Origin: Candidatus Thorarchaeota archaeon
Lineage (GTDB): Archaea; Asgardarchaeota; Thorarchaeia; Thorarchaeales; Thorarchaeaceae
Length of the DNA stretch: 64,000 nucleotides
Reading direction: 5' to 3'
NCBI GenBank assembly: GCA_011364905.1
Contig: RDNZ01000009.1
Location: 13,761 to 77,760 of the forward strand
The position numbers and the translations under genes are program-made. The notes under the pieces are model-generated. The model did no database searches and was not told the DNA's origin. It was given only the letters and a program-made list of their open reading frames with translations. Below are positions 9,768 to 18,823 of the stretch, piece after piece. The first letter of the stretch is position 1. Each line of letters starts with the position of its first letter.

Positions 9768-9992
9768 ATGAGCGAGGAAATCACTCTGCTTCAAAAGAAA
9801 ATCTTAGAACTCATTCTATCTGACAACCGTAGGCCAGGCGCGATAGCATCTATTTTGAGAAAGCGCAATGTAGCCTGTAATCAGAATGATGTGATGCAGG
9901 CTCTGCTTGATCTTGAAAAGAGGGATCTTGTCGAACAACCCAGTGCTAAAGCTTGGACTGCCAAGGAAAAGGCACAGGATTACTTGGATTAG
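9768..9992 (+). CDS. Small winged-helix protein
   Basis: LQKKILELI...IASIL...DVMQALLDLEKRDLVE...W pattern. ATG 9768 avoids overlap with udp. Confidence 0.6.
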   Translation: MSEEITLLQKKILELILSDNRRPGAIASILRKRNVACNQNDVMQALLDLEKRDLVEQPSAKAWTAKEKAQDYLD

Positions 9993-10000
9993 AAAATCGA

Positions 10001-10987
10001 CTATAGGTACTTAACTAAGGTCTTTACAATATTGTAGGTCAAGTGAGGATTCTTGTCGCCGAATATTTCGGTATGAATTGTGTTTGTAGTGACAATCATA
10101 CCTCTGGCATTCTCCAGGAGTTCTTCAAGTAGTTCTTCCCCCCTTTCCATTAATGGAAGCACATGTGCAACCGCCATTCCCACGTCTGCCGCTCCTTGAT
10201 TCCTGAGTCTGTCCGCTGCCTTCACAAGAGTGCTCCCACTCTTCGTCAGGTCATCCACGACAATCACTTCTTTCCCTTCAACATCAATATTGCCATGAAG
10301 ATCTACCTTGAATGAGTTCTTTCTATGCTTCCCGAACCCGGCGATCTTGTATCTCTCCTGAGCTCCTTCGTCAGGAGTCACAAGCACAACATCTTTGAAA
10401 CCAAACTGCTTCTCGGCGAACCTGACCAAGTCTGGGATTACATCAATGGTTTCATAGTGCTGTTTCTCTCTTAATTCTGCAACCCAATCTAGGCTATCTG
10501 GAGCATGTGGATTGACAACCCAAATTTTGTTGCACGATTTAGCGATTGCTTCAATCGCCCATCTCCCTGAGACAGCTTCCCCAGTTCTAAATGCCTTATC
10601 CTGAAGGGCGAAGGGTTGGAACGTAAGAACAACCTCAACACGAGAGGGTGGAGAGATGGGTTTACACTCATAGCATTTATGTTCAACCTCTTGAACCACC
10701 ACTGGTCTGGATAGGAGGTCCAAAAGAAGTAGAAGCTCAACAACTCTGTCTGATGTGGTGTATGGTTCGTTTTCAGCAGGTCCGGAACCAGTACAACTTT
10801 GAATGATGACAACGCGTCTATTTGACAGTTCAGAAATGTCTTCGAGTTTCGCATAGATGTCAGCATTCGGAAAAAGCCTCCTTCTATCATAGTTCAATGC
10901 TGATGTGAAAACACGACATCCTTCTTCTTGGAAGCTCTCTTTTAGATGCTCTGCACCACTCGCCAGAATCACATCGTAGCTTTTCAT
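10001..10987 (-). CDS. Ribose-phosphate pyrophosphokinase-like phosphoribosyltransferase (divergent)
   Basis: FPNADIYA, VVIIQS, QDKAFRTGEAVS, TPDEGA, VVDDLTKSGSTL (PRPP-binding motif), VAH. Confidence 0.8.
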   Translation of the reverse strand: MKSYDVILASGAEHLKESFQEEGCRVFTSALNYDRRRLFPNADIYAKLEDISELSNRRVVIIQSCTGSGPAENEPYTTSDRVVELLLLLDLLSRPVVVQEVEHKCYECKPISPPSRVEVVLTFQPFALQDKAFRTGEAVSGRWAIEAIAKSCNKIWVVNPHAPDSLDWVAELREKQHYETIDVIPDLVRFAEKQFGFKDVVLVTPDEGAQERYKIAGFGKHRKNSFKVDLHGNIDVEGKEVIVVDDLTKSGSTLVKAADRLRNQGAADVGMAVAHVLPLMERGEELLEELLENARGMIVTTNTIHTEIFGDKNPHLTYNIVKTLVKYL

Positions 10988-11111
10988 TGATAACTACCAT
11001 GTGTGGGCGGAAATCTCGCCTTTATGAGATTTGTCCTAGCAATCGAGAACCAGTATTGCGACGGTAACCTAAAATGGGCGTAGTGACAATGAAACTTGCC
11101 GCCACAGGTAA

Positions 11112-11837
11112 GTGCTACGGGTGAGTCTGACAGCTAGAGACCTATTGCAGAAGCTTGCTAATGATGCTGGCTTATCATATCATACCATCGCACGTAAGGT
11201 CAATCGAATGATGGGAAAAGGGATGGGCTTCCTAGAATCAGCTCGTGCTATTGCCAAAGAACATGGTCTTAGCGAATCCAAATATCGAATAGATGCTGAG
11301 AAGATTGTGAAAGAATCCGAAAAAATACTACGTGAGGACTATACGCAGACACTGATGATATCGGCGGTTTTGGGTCAGATGGTTGAAGCGCGCGGAAAAG
11401 AACGGTTTCCAGCCCCTGCATTCTTTGCTTTCATCGAAGTGTTATCGCGAATCACCGATGCGCCAAGAGATACCAAATCCGAAACCTCTACTGAGATTGA
11501 AGATAGGACAACTAGGATCATCGAACTAATGACGACATTAGTATCTGTTCTTTGTGAATGGTCAGAAAAAGGCGTAGTCGGTGTGGCTGATGATTGTCCC
11601 GAATCCCTTCGCGAAATGGCCAGAGCTGTCTTCAGGAAGACGAAGCTCCTGCAAGGTGGGCTTTGGACTTGTATTTCATGTGGCGAAATCGTGAATGTTA
11701 AGGAAACTAAAGCACTAATGTGTGCGAATTGCGACAGTAGCATTTCACGAAGCAATATTCATGAGCGCTATGATCATCTAACCGGGCGAAACCGGACCGG
11801 ATACGGTAGGACCTCTTCTGAAAAAAGCGAAGATTAA
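11112..11837 (+). CDS. Hypothetical helical protein with C-terminal Zn ribbon
   Basis: 241-aa ORF with WTCISCG...LMCANCD; possible N-terminal HTH. Confidence 0.7.
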   Translation: MLRVSLTARDLLQKLANDAGLSYHTIARKVNRMMGKGMGFLESARAIAKEHGLSESKYRIDAEKIVKESEKILREDYTQTLMISAVLGQMVEARGKERFPAPAFFAFIEVLSRITDAPRDTKSETSTEIEDRTTRIIELMTTLVSVLCEWSEKGVVGVADDCPESLREMARAVFRKTKLLQGGLWTCISCGEIVNVKETKALMCANCDSSISRSNIHERYDHLTGRNRTGYGRTSSEKSED

Positions 11838-12475
11838 CTAGAGAGTTGGAACTCCAAACCATTCTTGAGATGCATAATCGCCTCATCGACGTCTGCTTGT
11901 GTCACTGTGACTTCATCAACTTGAAGAATGACTTCGCTATCTCGTGTTTCTTCGATAAAGATTACAACTGGATCCAGTCCTGCGGCACTTCCAACGCTAA
12001 TTAGTGGGGCAGTAACTCCGTCATAGAAATCAGACCTACCACGAGGAATGTCCATCCTTTTGAGAAGACGTTCACCTTTTTTCGAGAGGACCTGTCCGCA
12101 TGTTGCCCCGTCATGAGTCATTGTTGAGATTACGAATCTTGTTGGCACGTTTCCACGAATGTAGAACAACAAATCTGTCATCCAATCGAATTCTGTAATC
12201 ATCACGTCTCCAAACACTATCATCAGATCCTCAGCGATCATTCCATGAATTGGTACGACTGGAGGTTTCAGATCAATAGGGTACCTGTTCCATGAAGAGA
12301 ATGCTGGAGAGTTGAAGAGCAGTACAGTCTCAAACTCATTTTGTTCGTAGAGCCTTCTGCAAAGAGCTTGTCCTATTGGATTGAGCCCCAACACGACCGA
12401 ATAAGTCTCTGCGATTTTTCTTTTCTTATACACTTCAAGAATTGGTGATACCCATTCCTGTTCATATGTTGGCAT
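11834..12475 (-). CDS. Hypothetical protein, possibly degenerate PAC2 proteasome-chaperone fold
   Basis: Convergent ORF. VVLGLNPIGQALCRRL...FNSPAF and DGVTAPLI loosely resemble PAC2. Start is uncertain (track gives 12559). Confidence 0.5.
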   Translation of the reverse strand: MPTYEQEWVSPILEVYKKRKIAETYSVVLGLNPIGQALCRRLYEQNEFETVLLFNSPAFSSWNRYPIDLKPPVVPIHGMIAEDLMIVFGDVMITEFDWMTDLLFYIRGNVPTRFVISTMTHDGATCGQVLSKKGERLLKRMDIPRGRSDFYDGVTAPLISVGSAAGLDPVVIFIEETRDSEVILQVDEVTVTQADVDEAIMHLKNGLEFQLSS

Positions 12476-12655
12476 CGTTTCTAGCCCTGTCTTCTCAGAA
12501 CCAAGTTGTCTAATGACTGTTTGTCTTATATTTTCAATTCGAAATGATACAAAATGCACTTTCGAGGAGTTTTAATGATTTATTGCGATTCCGATTGATT
12601 TATGTGGAAGGCTTAACGGGGCTCCTCGCGTATAACTAGTGGTGAGTGAATACCA

Positions 12656-14008
12656 TTGGACAAATACATAGAAAGTGTCTACAACCGTGTCGTTGAGAAA
12701 GATCCTCATCAGAAGATCTTTCATCAGGCATTAATAGAAGTACTGGAGTCATTAGAGCCAGCCATAAAGAAGTACCCCCAATACAAGGAGTATGCAATTC
12801 TTGAAAGAATCACCGAGCCTGAGAGGGTAATCAAGTTCCGTGTTCCTTGGGTGGATAAAGATGGGAAGATTCAGGTCAATCGAGGTTTCCGGATTCAGTT
12901 CAATTCCGCTCTTGGTCCATACAAAGGCGGACTGAGATTCCATCCAACAGTGACGGAGGATATTCTGAAGTTCCTCGGCTTTGAGCAAATCTTCAAGAAT
13001 AGCCTTACGACATTGCCCATGGGTGGCGGAAAGGGAGGCTCTGATTTTGATCCAAAAGGTAAAACCGATGCTGAAGTTGAAAGTTTTTGCGAGAGCTTGA
13101 TGTTTGAGCTCTATCGGCACATTGGTCAATTCACAGATGTGCCTGCAGGTGATATTGGCGTAGGTGGTCGCGAGATTGGTTACTTATATGGAGCGTACCG
13201 AAAGATTTCAAACTATCATGGAACCGGAGTCCTAACCGGTAAAGGCGCTGGTTGGGGCGGTTCACTAATCCGTCCTGAGGCAACAGGATATGGTTGCGTC
13301 TACTTCGTAAACGAAATGCTGAAGACACGCAACGAAGACATTAAGGGAAAGGTAGTTGTGGTTTCCGGCTCTGGTAATGTCGCTCAATACGCAGTTGAAA
13401 AATGCATCGACCTTGGAGCCAAGGTCATTGCCATGAGTGACTCAACTGGTTGGATTCATGATCCTGCTGGCATAGATAGGGAGAAGCTAGCATGGATTCT
13501 GGAGCTCAAAAACGAGCGAAGAGGTCGCATCAGGGAATATGCAGACCAATTCAAAGTTGACTACACAGTAACTGCCAAAGGCACACCATGGAGTCTGAAG
13601 TGTGACATTGCTCTTCCATGTGCAACCCAGAACGAGGTTGATGCAAAGGAAGCAAAAATGTTGGTGGACAATGGAGTTATGGCTGTTGGAGAAGGCGCCA
13701 ATATGCCCACAGTTCCAGAGGGTATTGAGATTTTTCTGGAGAATAATATTCTCTTTGCACCTGGTAAGGCCGCTAATGCTGGTGGTGTATCTGTATCCGG
13801 ACTTGAGATGGCGCAAAACAGTCAAAGATACTTCTGGACACGCGAAGAAGTGGACGCGAAGCTCCATCAAATCATGCAAGCCATTCATGCCAATGCGTAC
13901 AAGACATCTGAGTTGTTCGGCAAAAAAGGCAATTACATGGTTGGCGCAAACATAGCAGGTTTCTTGAAAGTTGCGGATGCAATGATTGCTCAGGGACATC
14001 GCGTTTAG
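12656..14008 (+). CDS. gdhA: NADP-specific glutamate dehydrogenase
   Basis: GPYKGGLRFHP, GGGKGGSDFDPKG, DVPAGDIGVG, RPEATGYG, SGSGNVA, PGKAANAGGV. Confidence 0.97.
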   Translation: MDKYIESVYNRVVEKDPHQKIFHQALIEVLESLEPAIKKYPQYKEYAILERITEPERVIKFRVPWVDKDGKIQVNRGFRIQFNSALGPYKGGLRFHPTVTEDILKFLGFEQIFKNSLTTLPMGGGKGGSDFDPKGKTDAEVESFCESLMFELYRHIGQFTDVPAGDIGVGGREIGYLYGAYRKISNYHGTGVLTGKGAGWGGSLIRPEATGYGCVYFVNEMLKTRNEDIKGKVVVVSGSGNVAQYAVEKCIDLGAKVIAMSDSTGWIHDPAGIDREKLAWILELKNERRGRIREYADQFKVDYTVTAKGTPWSLKCDIALPCATQNEVDAKEAKMLVDNGVMAVGEGANMPTVPEGIEIFLENNILFAPGKAANAGGVSVSGLEMAQNSQRYFWTREEVDAKLHQIMQAIHANAYKTSELFGKKGNYMVGANIAGFLKVADAMIAQGHRV

Positions 14009-14018
14009 TTAGATTTTT

Positions 14019-14057
14019 GCAGGACCCTCCATGGGTTCTGCTCTCTTCTCTTTTTTT
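14019..14057 (+). terminator. Hairpin plus T-tract terminator after gdhA
   Basis: GCAGGACCC-TCCAT-GGGTTCTGC followed by a pyrimidine run ending in TTTTTTT. Confidence 0.6.
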
Positions 14058-14071
14058 CAAAACTGACAGGA

Positions 14072-14677
14072 TTATTTCTTGATGATCTCTAGGAGCTCAG
14101 CAAGTCGCCGTTTGACATCGGATTCAACAGTACTTAGTTCTGCCAATTGTTTGATATGTTGAATCCGGCTTTTTCTATAATCTTCTTCAGAGATATGACC
14201 ACTGCGCCGTTGAATCTCTAATCTATCAGATTCAGCATTTATCTCATTTCTTCTTTCTGTAACCAAATCGAAGCCCTGTTTGAGAGACATCCACTCTATC
14301 ATTGCGTGGGATTTTTCCTCTTCAACTCTCTCTCTTCTACGACGTTCCTCTTCCGCCTGTTTTAATTGCCTATTAGCTGTACGGATCTCCTTTTGAATCT
14401 CAAATAGTCTACTTTCAACCTCTCGTTTCACTTGGACCATCTGTGTAGACTCAGACCATTTTTCCCTGTAACGCACAATATGCTCTTGCTCTGTTATCTG
14501 TCCATTCTCTAATTGCCTGTCCAAATGACTGAGTTCCGCTTGGATTTCTTGGAGTTGGCTCTTTATCTCATCGTAGGACTTTCGAAGAGAAACCCACTCA
14601 ACGCTGTATTGCGAAAGCACTTCTTTGGGGTCCATATAATAGACGTCTTCCGGCGGGGCTCCTTCATAGTGACTCAT
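14072..14677 (-). CDS. Coiled-coil protein with two G-x-I-[ST]-E-x-[ED]-[YH] helical-hairpin motifs (CdvA-like/SHOCT-like)
   Basis: LENGQITEQEH and RRSGHISEEDY motifs within heptad repeats. Confidence 0.65.
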   Translation of the reverse strand: MSHYEGAPPEDVYYMDPKEVLSQYSVEWVSLRKSYDEIKSQLQEIQAELSHLDRQLENGQITEQEHIVRYREKWSESTQMVQVKREVESRLFEIQKEIRTANRQLKQAEEERRRRERVEEEKSHAMIEWMSLKQGFDLVTERRNEINAESDRLEIQRRSGHISEEDYRKSRIQHIKQLAELSTVESDVKRRLAELLEIIKK

Positions 14678-14824
14678 TTGTTGTGGCTCCTGCAATACTC
14701 TCACGAGTAAAAATCTGACTTAAGGGATTTTCTAAGATGCCATTTTCAACATATCTGAAGAAATCTGTAAGACCCATCCGCTTAAGAGGGGGAATTATCT
14801 ATTTCAAAATCGTTGTGCTTGAGG

Positions 14825-15892
14825 ATGAACATCGACATCGATCTAGTTCCCAAGGCTCAGAGAAAGGAAAAGCCAACTGACGTTCTGCAAGTAGCATTTG
14901 GTACAGTCTTCTCTGACCACATGTTTTCAATGCGCTACAATGGCTCAGAATGGACTGATGCAAGAATCCATCCGTATGGTCCTCTCTCATTGAGTCCTGC
15001 CGCCTTGTGTTTGCATTACGGTCAGGGTATCTTCGAGGGCATGAAGGCTTACCGAAGAGGTGAAAGGATTCTTCTTTTTAGACCAGAGATGAACTTCAAG
15101 CGCCTAAATGTTTCAGCAACGCGAATGGTCATGCCCACTATAGACCCTGACTTTGGTTTGCATTCATTGATGGAATTGATAAAAACCGATTCTGAATGGG
15201 TTCCGGAGGTTCCTGGAAGTTCCCTATACATTCGTCCGACAATGATTGCAACTGAACCCAAGCTTGGTGTACGGCCATCATCTGAATATCTCTATTACAT
15301 CATTCTTAGCCCGGTGGGGCCATATTTCAAGGAGGGTTTCAGTCCGGTTAAGATATATGTCAGCGACAAGTACGTCCGAGCAGTGAAGGGAGGAACAGGT
15401 GCAGCCAAAGCAATAGGGAACTATGCAGCTAGCCTACTAGCAGGAACTAATGCAGTCAAGGTAGGCTATTCGCAGGTACTCTGGCTCGATGCTCTTGAAA
15501 GAAAGTGGATTGAGGAAGTCGGGACGATGAACCTGTTTGTCCGATTCGACGATGAGGTTGTGACGCCACCACTTGCTGGGTCTATTCTCCCCGGAGTAAC
15601 CCGCGACTCTGTTCTCACCCTTGTCAAGGATTACGGCCTAAAGCCAAATGAACGGATGATCTCTATTGACGAAGTCATTGAAGGGCTTAGTTCAGGAAAA
15701 GTGAAAGAAATATTCGGTTGTGGTACAGCTGCAATCATTGCTCCGGTAGGGTCTCTCTGGTACAAGGATAAACCATATGCTGTATCTAACGGTCAGACCG
15801 GAGAGTTGACTCAAAGGCTATTCGAAGACCTAATAGCCATTCAATCTGGCGAACTGGAAGATACTCATGGTTGGGTAGTACCAGTGGAATAA
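14825..15892 (+). CDS. ilvE: Branched-chain amino acid aminotransferase
   Basis: LHYGQGIFEGMKAY, LYIRP, GTGAAKAIGNYA, EEVGTMN, ILPGVTRDS, GCGTAA. Confidence 0.95.
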   Translation: MNIDIDLVPKAQRKEKPTDVLQVAFGTVFSDHMFSMRYNGSEWTDARIHPYGPLSLSPAALCLHYGQGIFEGMKAYRRGERILLFRPEMNFKRLNVSATRMVMPTIDPDFGLHSLMELIKTDSEWVPEVPGSSLYIRPTMIATEPKLGVRPSSEYLYYIILSPVGPYFKEGFSPVKIYVSDKYVRAVKGGTGAAKAIGNYAASLLAGTNAVKVGYSQVLWLDALERKWIEEVGTMNLFVRFDDEVVTPPLAGSILPGVTRDSVLTLVKDYGLKPNERMISIDEVIEGLSSGKVKEIFGCGTAAIIAPVGSLWYKDKPYAVSNGQTGELTQRLFEDLIAIQSGELEDTHGWVVPVE

Positions 15893-15905
15893 ACACACTG
15901 ACAGT

Positions 15906-16322
15906 CTAATCGTATCCGAGCTCTTCTCGTTCAGCATCTGAAACATCAGGTTCCTCAGAGTCCAGAGTATCCCAAGCAGGAGGCGGATCTTCAGATACAT
16001 CCGCAGAGGGTGGTTCCGGTATGTCTGGTTCATCGAATGTAGACTCCGTAGGAAATTCAATCTCCTCCTCCTCCTCCTCTTCTTCTTCTTCTTCCTCCTC
16101 CTCCTCTTCGTCTATATCCTGCAACCTGAATTCTGCTACTAGTTTTCCTTCCTCAATCTTTTCGAGAAGCATTCTGAATATCCTTTCAACAACTTTACTG
16201 CGTCCTTTTGCTTCGAATTCGATATTGCCGATTCCGAATTCAACCTCACAATAGTCTGTTTTCTTCCCTTTCTTCTGTTCTTTGCCGGACTCTACTTTTT
16301 CTTCCTCTGACACAGCATTCAC
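15906..16322 (-). CDS. Small acidic protein with poly-Glu tract
   Basis: Short beta-rich N-terminal domain (EVEFGIGNIEFEAKG), then a long E run and a D/E/P-rich tail. Confidence 0.7.
   Translation of the reverse strand: MNAVSEEEKVESGKEQKKGKKTDYCEVEFGIGNIEFEAKGRSKVVERIFRMLLEKIEEGKLVAEFRLQDIDEEEEEEEEEEEEEEEEIEFPTESTFDEPDIPEPPSADVSEDPPPAWDTLDSEEPDVSDAEREELGYD
16062..16110 (-). repeat. GAR trinucleotide repeat encoding poly-Glu
   Basis: Plus strand reads (TCC)n(TCT)n(TCC)n. Confidence 0.8.
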
Positions 16323-16413
16323 CCTATCGGCTTGTAGGACTTGAGACCTAATAAAACGTATAGTTGGTCCGAAGCATTTTAGTGCAGAATTGTATGAATG
16401 ACACGGTGTCGAG

Positions 16414-16923
16414 GTGTTAATCCTGCCATCGCAGCTAGTTGTTGACTATACAAAATGTACTGGGTGCCGGATTTGTGAGCTTGCTTGCACAGCAAAGAAG
16501 GAAGGTCGGTTCCAACCAAGTCTTGCTAGGCTCAAGATTGTTCGATATGACGATCTTGGGATTGACCTACCAAATGTTTGTGGACCCTGCGAAACCGCAC
16601 CATGTGTTGATATCTGCCCTGTTTATGCTATTCGACGAGACCCAATCTCTAAGATGACATTCCTCGACAATGACAGGTGCATACTTTGCAAGTCTTGTGT
16701 TGGAGCATGTGTAAACGGTGTCATTCTCTTAGACACCAAAAGGATGAGGATTATCAAGTGTGATCATTGTGGAGGAGACCCTGAGTGTGCTAAGGCATGC
16801 CCGACTGGAGCGATATCATATTCACATGTTTCCGTTGCCCCATCCTTAGATAGACATGATAAAATCTCGAGTTACCTTCGAGAGATAGAACGAACAGCTC
16901 AAGAGTCCGGCGGAGCTGAGTAA
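16414..16923 (+). CDS. 4Fe-4S dicluster (DmsB/AOR-associated) electron-transfer protein
   Basis: CTGCRICELAC, CGPCETAPCVDICP, CILCKSCVGAC, KCDHCGGDPECAKACP. Confidence 0.93.
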   Translation: MLILPSQLVVDYTKCTGCRICELACTAKKEGRFQPSLARLKIVRYDDLGIDLPNVCGPCETAPCVDICPVYAIRRDPISKMTFLDNDRCILCKSCVGACVNGVILLDTKRMRIIKCDHCGGDPECAKACPTGAISYSHVSVAPSLDRHDKISSYLREIERTAQESGGAE

Positions 16924-16924
16924 A

Positions 16925-18817
16925 TTGAGTCTAGGTGGCTATAACGGTAAGATCCTGCGTGTCAACCTGAGTGACGGCAGCTTCGAAGTGGACCCTCTTC
17001 CCAAATCTTGGGTCAAGGACTATATCGGCGGTGATGGATTCGGAGTCAAACTCCTTTTTGAGGAGGTGCCGGGTGGTACTGATCCTTTAAGTGCTGATAA
17101 CAAGCTAATAATTGGTACTGGGCCGATTACAGGCACAATGTGGCCAATGAGCGGACGAACCGTTTTCATTTCAAAAGCACCTCTCACAGGAATTTGGGGT
17201 GAAAGCCACGTTGGAGGTTTTCTAGGTCCCGAACTGAAGTACGCAGGATACGACATGCTTGTTGTGGAAGGAAAAGCCGAACATCCGGTCTACATTCGCA
17301 TTGAAGATACTCATCTTGAATTATGCGAGGCTTCACATTTATGGGGGTCGACAACCGACCAGACTACTATTAACATCAAAAAAGCTCATCATGACCCGGA
17401 TATTCAGGTGGCAGCCATAGGTCCTGCTGGTGAGCGCCTTGTACGGTTCGCCTCGGTAATAGTAAATCATGCACGGGCTGCTGGACGTACTGGAATGGGC
17501 TCTGTACTAGGCTCAAAGAATGTGAAAGCAATCGCGATTCGTGGTCATGGAGGAGTTGATGTGTATGATCATGAGGGTTTCTTTGAGCTCGCAAAAAAGG
17601 CTCATCGTCGAGTGCGCGAGAATCCACAAGCAAGAGAGATGGGTAAATGGGGGACTTGGATTCTTACTGCGGTCAAACAGGAAATTGGAGAGTTACCCAC
17701 ATACAACCATCGGACAGGAGTTTTTCCCGGATTTGAGAAGTTGACCGGAGATTACATTCGACCAAGATTCACTATATCTGATAGGGCTTGTTTCGGATGT
17801 AGTCTTGGTTGCAAGAAAGTAAACTATGTTAAAACTGGTCCATTCGCTGGGACACTTGAAGAGGGTCCTGAATATGAGGGCTTGATGGCTTTTGGTAGTT
17901 CATTGGGAATCGACGACTATGCTACCACCCTAAAGGCAAATCAGATTTGCAACCGATATGGAATGGACATCATTTCAGCAGGTGCGACTATCGGTTTTGC
18001 CATTGAGGCTTTCGAGAATGGCGTGATCACCGAGAAGGACACAGGTGGCCTCAAGCTTGAGTGGGGCAACAGAGAACAGGCAATTCACCTTCTTGAGATG
18101 ATCGCAGCCCGTCAAGAGTTTGGAAACCTTCTCGCTGAGGGAAGCAAGCGTGCCGCAGAGTCGATTGGGAAAGGTGCTGGCAAGTACGCAATGCATGTGA
18201 AAGGGTTAGAGGTATCTGGTCAGGATGGTCGCACACATCGAAGCATCGGTCTTGGACATGCAACTGCCGCGCGAGGCGCTGACCATCTTCGAAGCCTAGT
18301 AGTGGTGGATCAATTAGGCTATGAGGATGTTGCTGCAAAACGTTGGGGCGCTGATAAACTTCCTGAGATTATAGACCCTTACACTGAGAAATACAAGGCC
18401 ACTGCGGTTGTTGAAAGCGAAAATGCCTACTGTATAAGGGACACTCTGATTGTCTGCTGGTATTCCGTTTCATGGCCTCCTATATTTTGGATGGAGGATT
18501 TCGCTGAGATGTTGCCCTTCGCAACAGGTGTGAAGCATTTTGGAAGTGTTAAGAATCTGACAGAGATTGCTGAACGTGTGGTCACGATGAAACGCCTTTT
18601 CAACAAACGTGAGGGAATAACACGAAGGGATGACAATCTTCCAGACAGGTTCACAAAGGAACCAATGCCTGAAGGACCAGGAAAAGGCCAGACTGTAGAC
18701 CTCGATCCAATGCTTGATGACTATTACAGACTTCGCGGTTGGGACCTGAAAACAGGTTTGCCTACAGAAGAAACCATCAAAAGACTCTCATTGGAGTGGA
18801 CAAAAGCCCACTCCTAA
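16925..18817 (+). CDS. aor: Tungsten-type aldehyde:ferredoxin oxidoreductase family protein
   Basis: GGYNGKILRVNLS, AAGRTGMGSVLGSKNVKAI, CFGCSLGC, EGPEYE, MHVKGLE, RGADH, YYRLRGWD. Confidence 0.93.
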   Translation: MSLGGYNGKILRVNLSDGSFEVDPLPKSWVKDYIGGDGFGVKLLFEEVPGGTDPLSADNKLIIGTGPITGTMWPMSGRTVFISKAPLTGIWGESHVGGFLGPELKYAGYDMLVVEGKAEHPVYIRIEDTHLELCEASHLWGSTTDQTTINIKKAHHDPDIQVAAIGPAGERLVRFASVIVNHARAAGRTGMGSVLGSKNVKAIAIRGHGGVDVYDHEGFFELAKKAHRRVRENPQAREMGKWGTWILTAVKQEIGELPTYNHRTGVFPGFEKLTGDYIRPRFTISDRACFGCSLGCKKVNYVKTGPFAGTLEEGPEYEGLMAFGSSLGIDDYATTLKANQICNRYGMDIISAGATIGFAIEAFENGVITEKDTGGLKLEWGNREQAIHLLEMIAARQEFGNLLAEGSKRAAESIGKGAGKYAMHVKGLEVSGQDGRTHRSIGLGHATAARGADHLRSLVVVDQLGYEDVAAKRWGADKLPEIIDPYTEKYKATAVVESENAYCIRDTLIVCWYSVSWPPIFWMEDFAEMLPFATGVKHFGSVKNLTEIAERVVTMKRLFNKREGITRRDDNLPDRFTKEPMPEGPGKGQTVDLDPMLDDYYRLRGWDLKTGLPTEETIKRLSLEWTKAHS

Positions 18818-18823
18818 CGAGGT

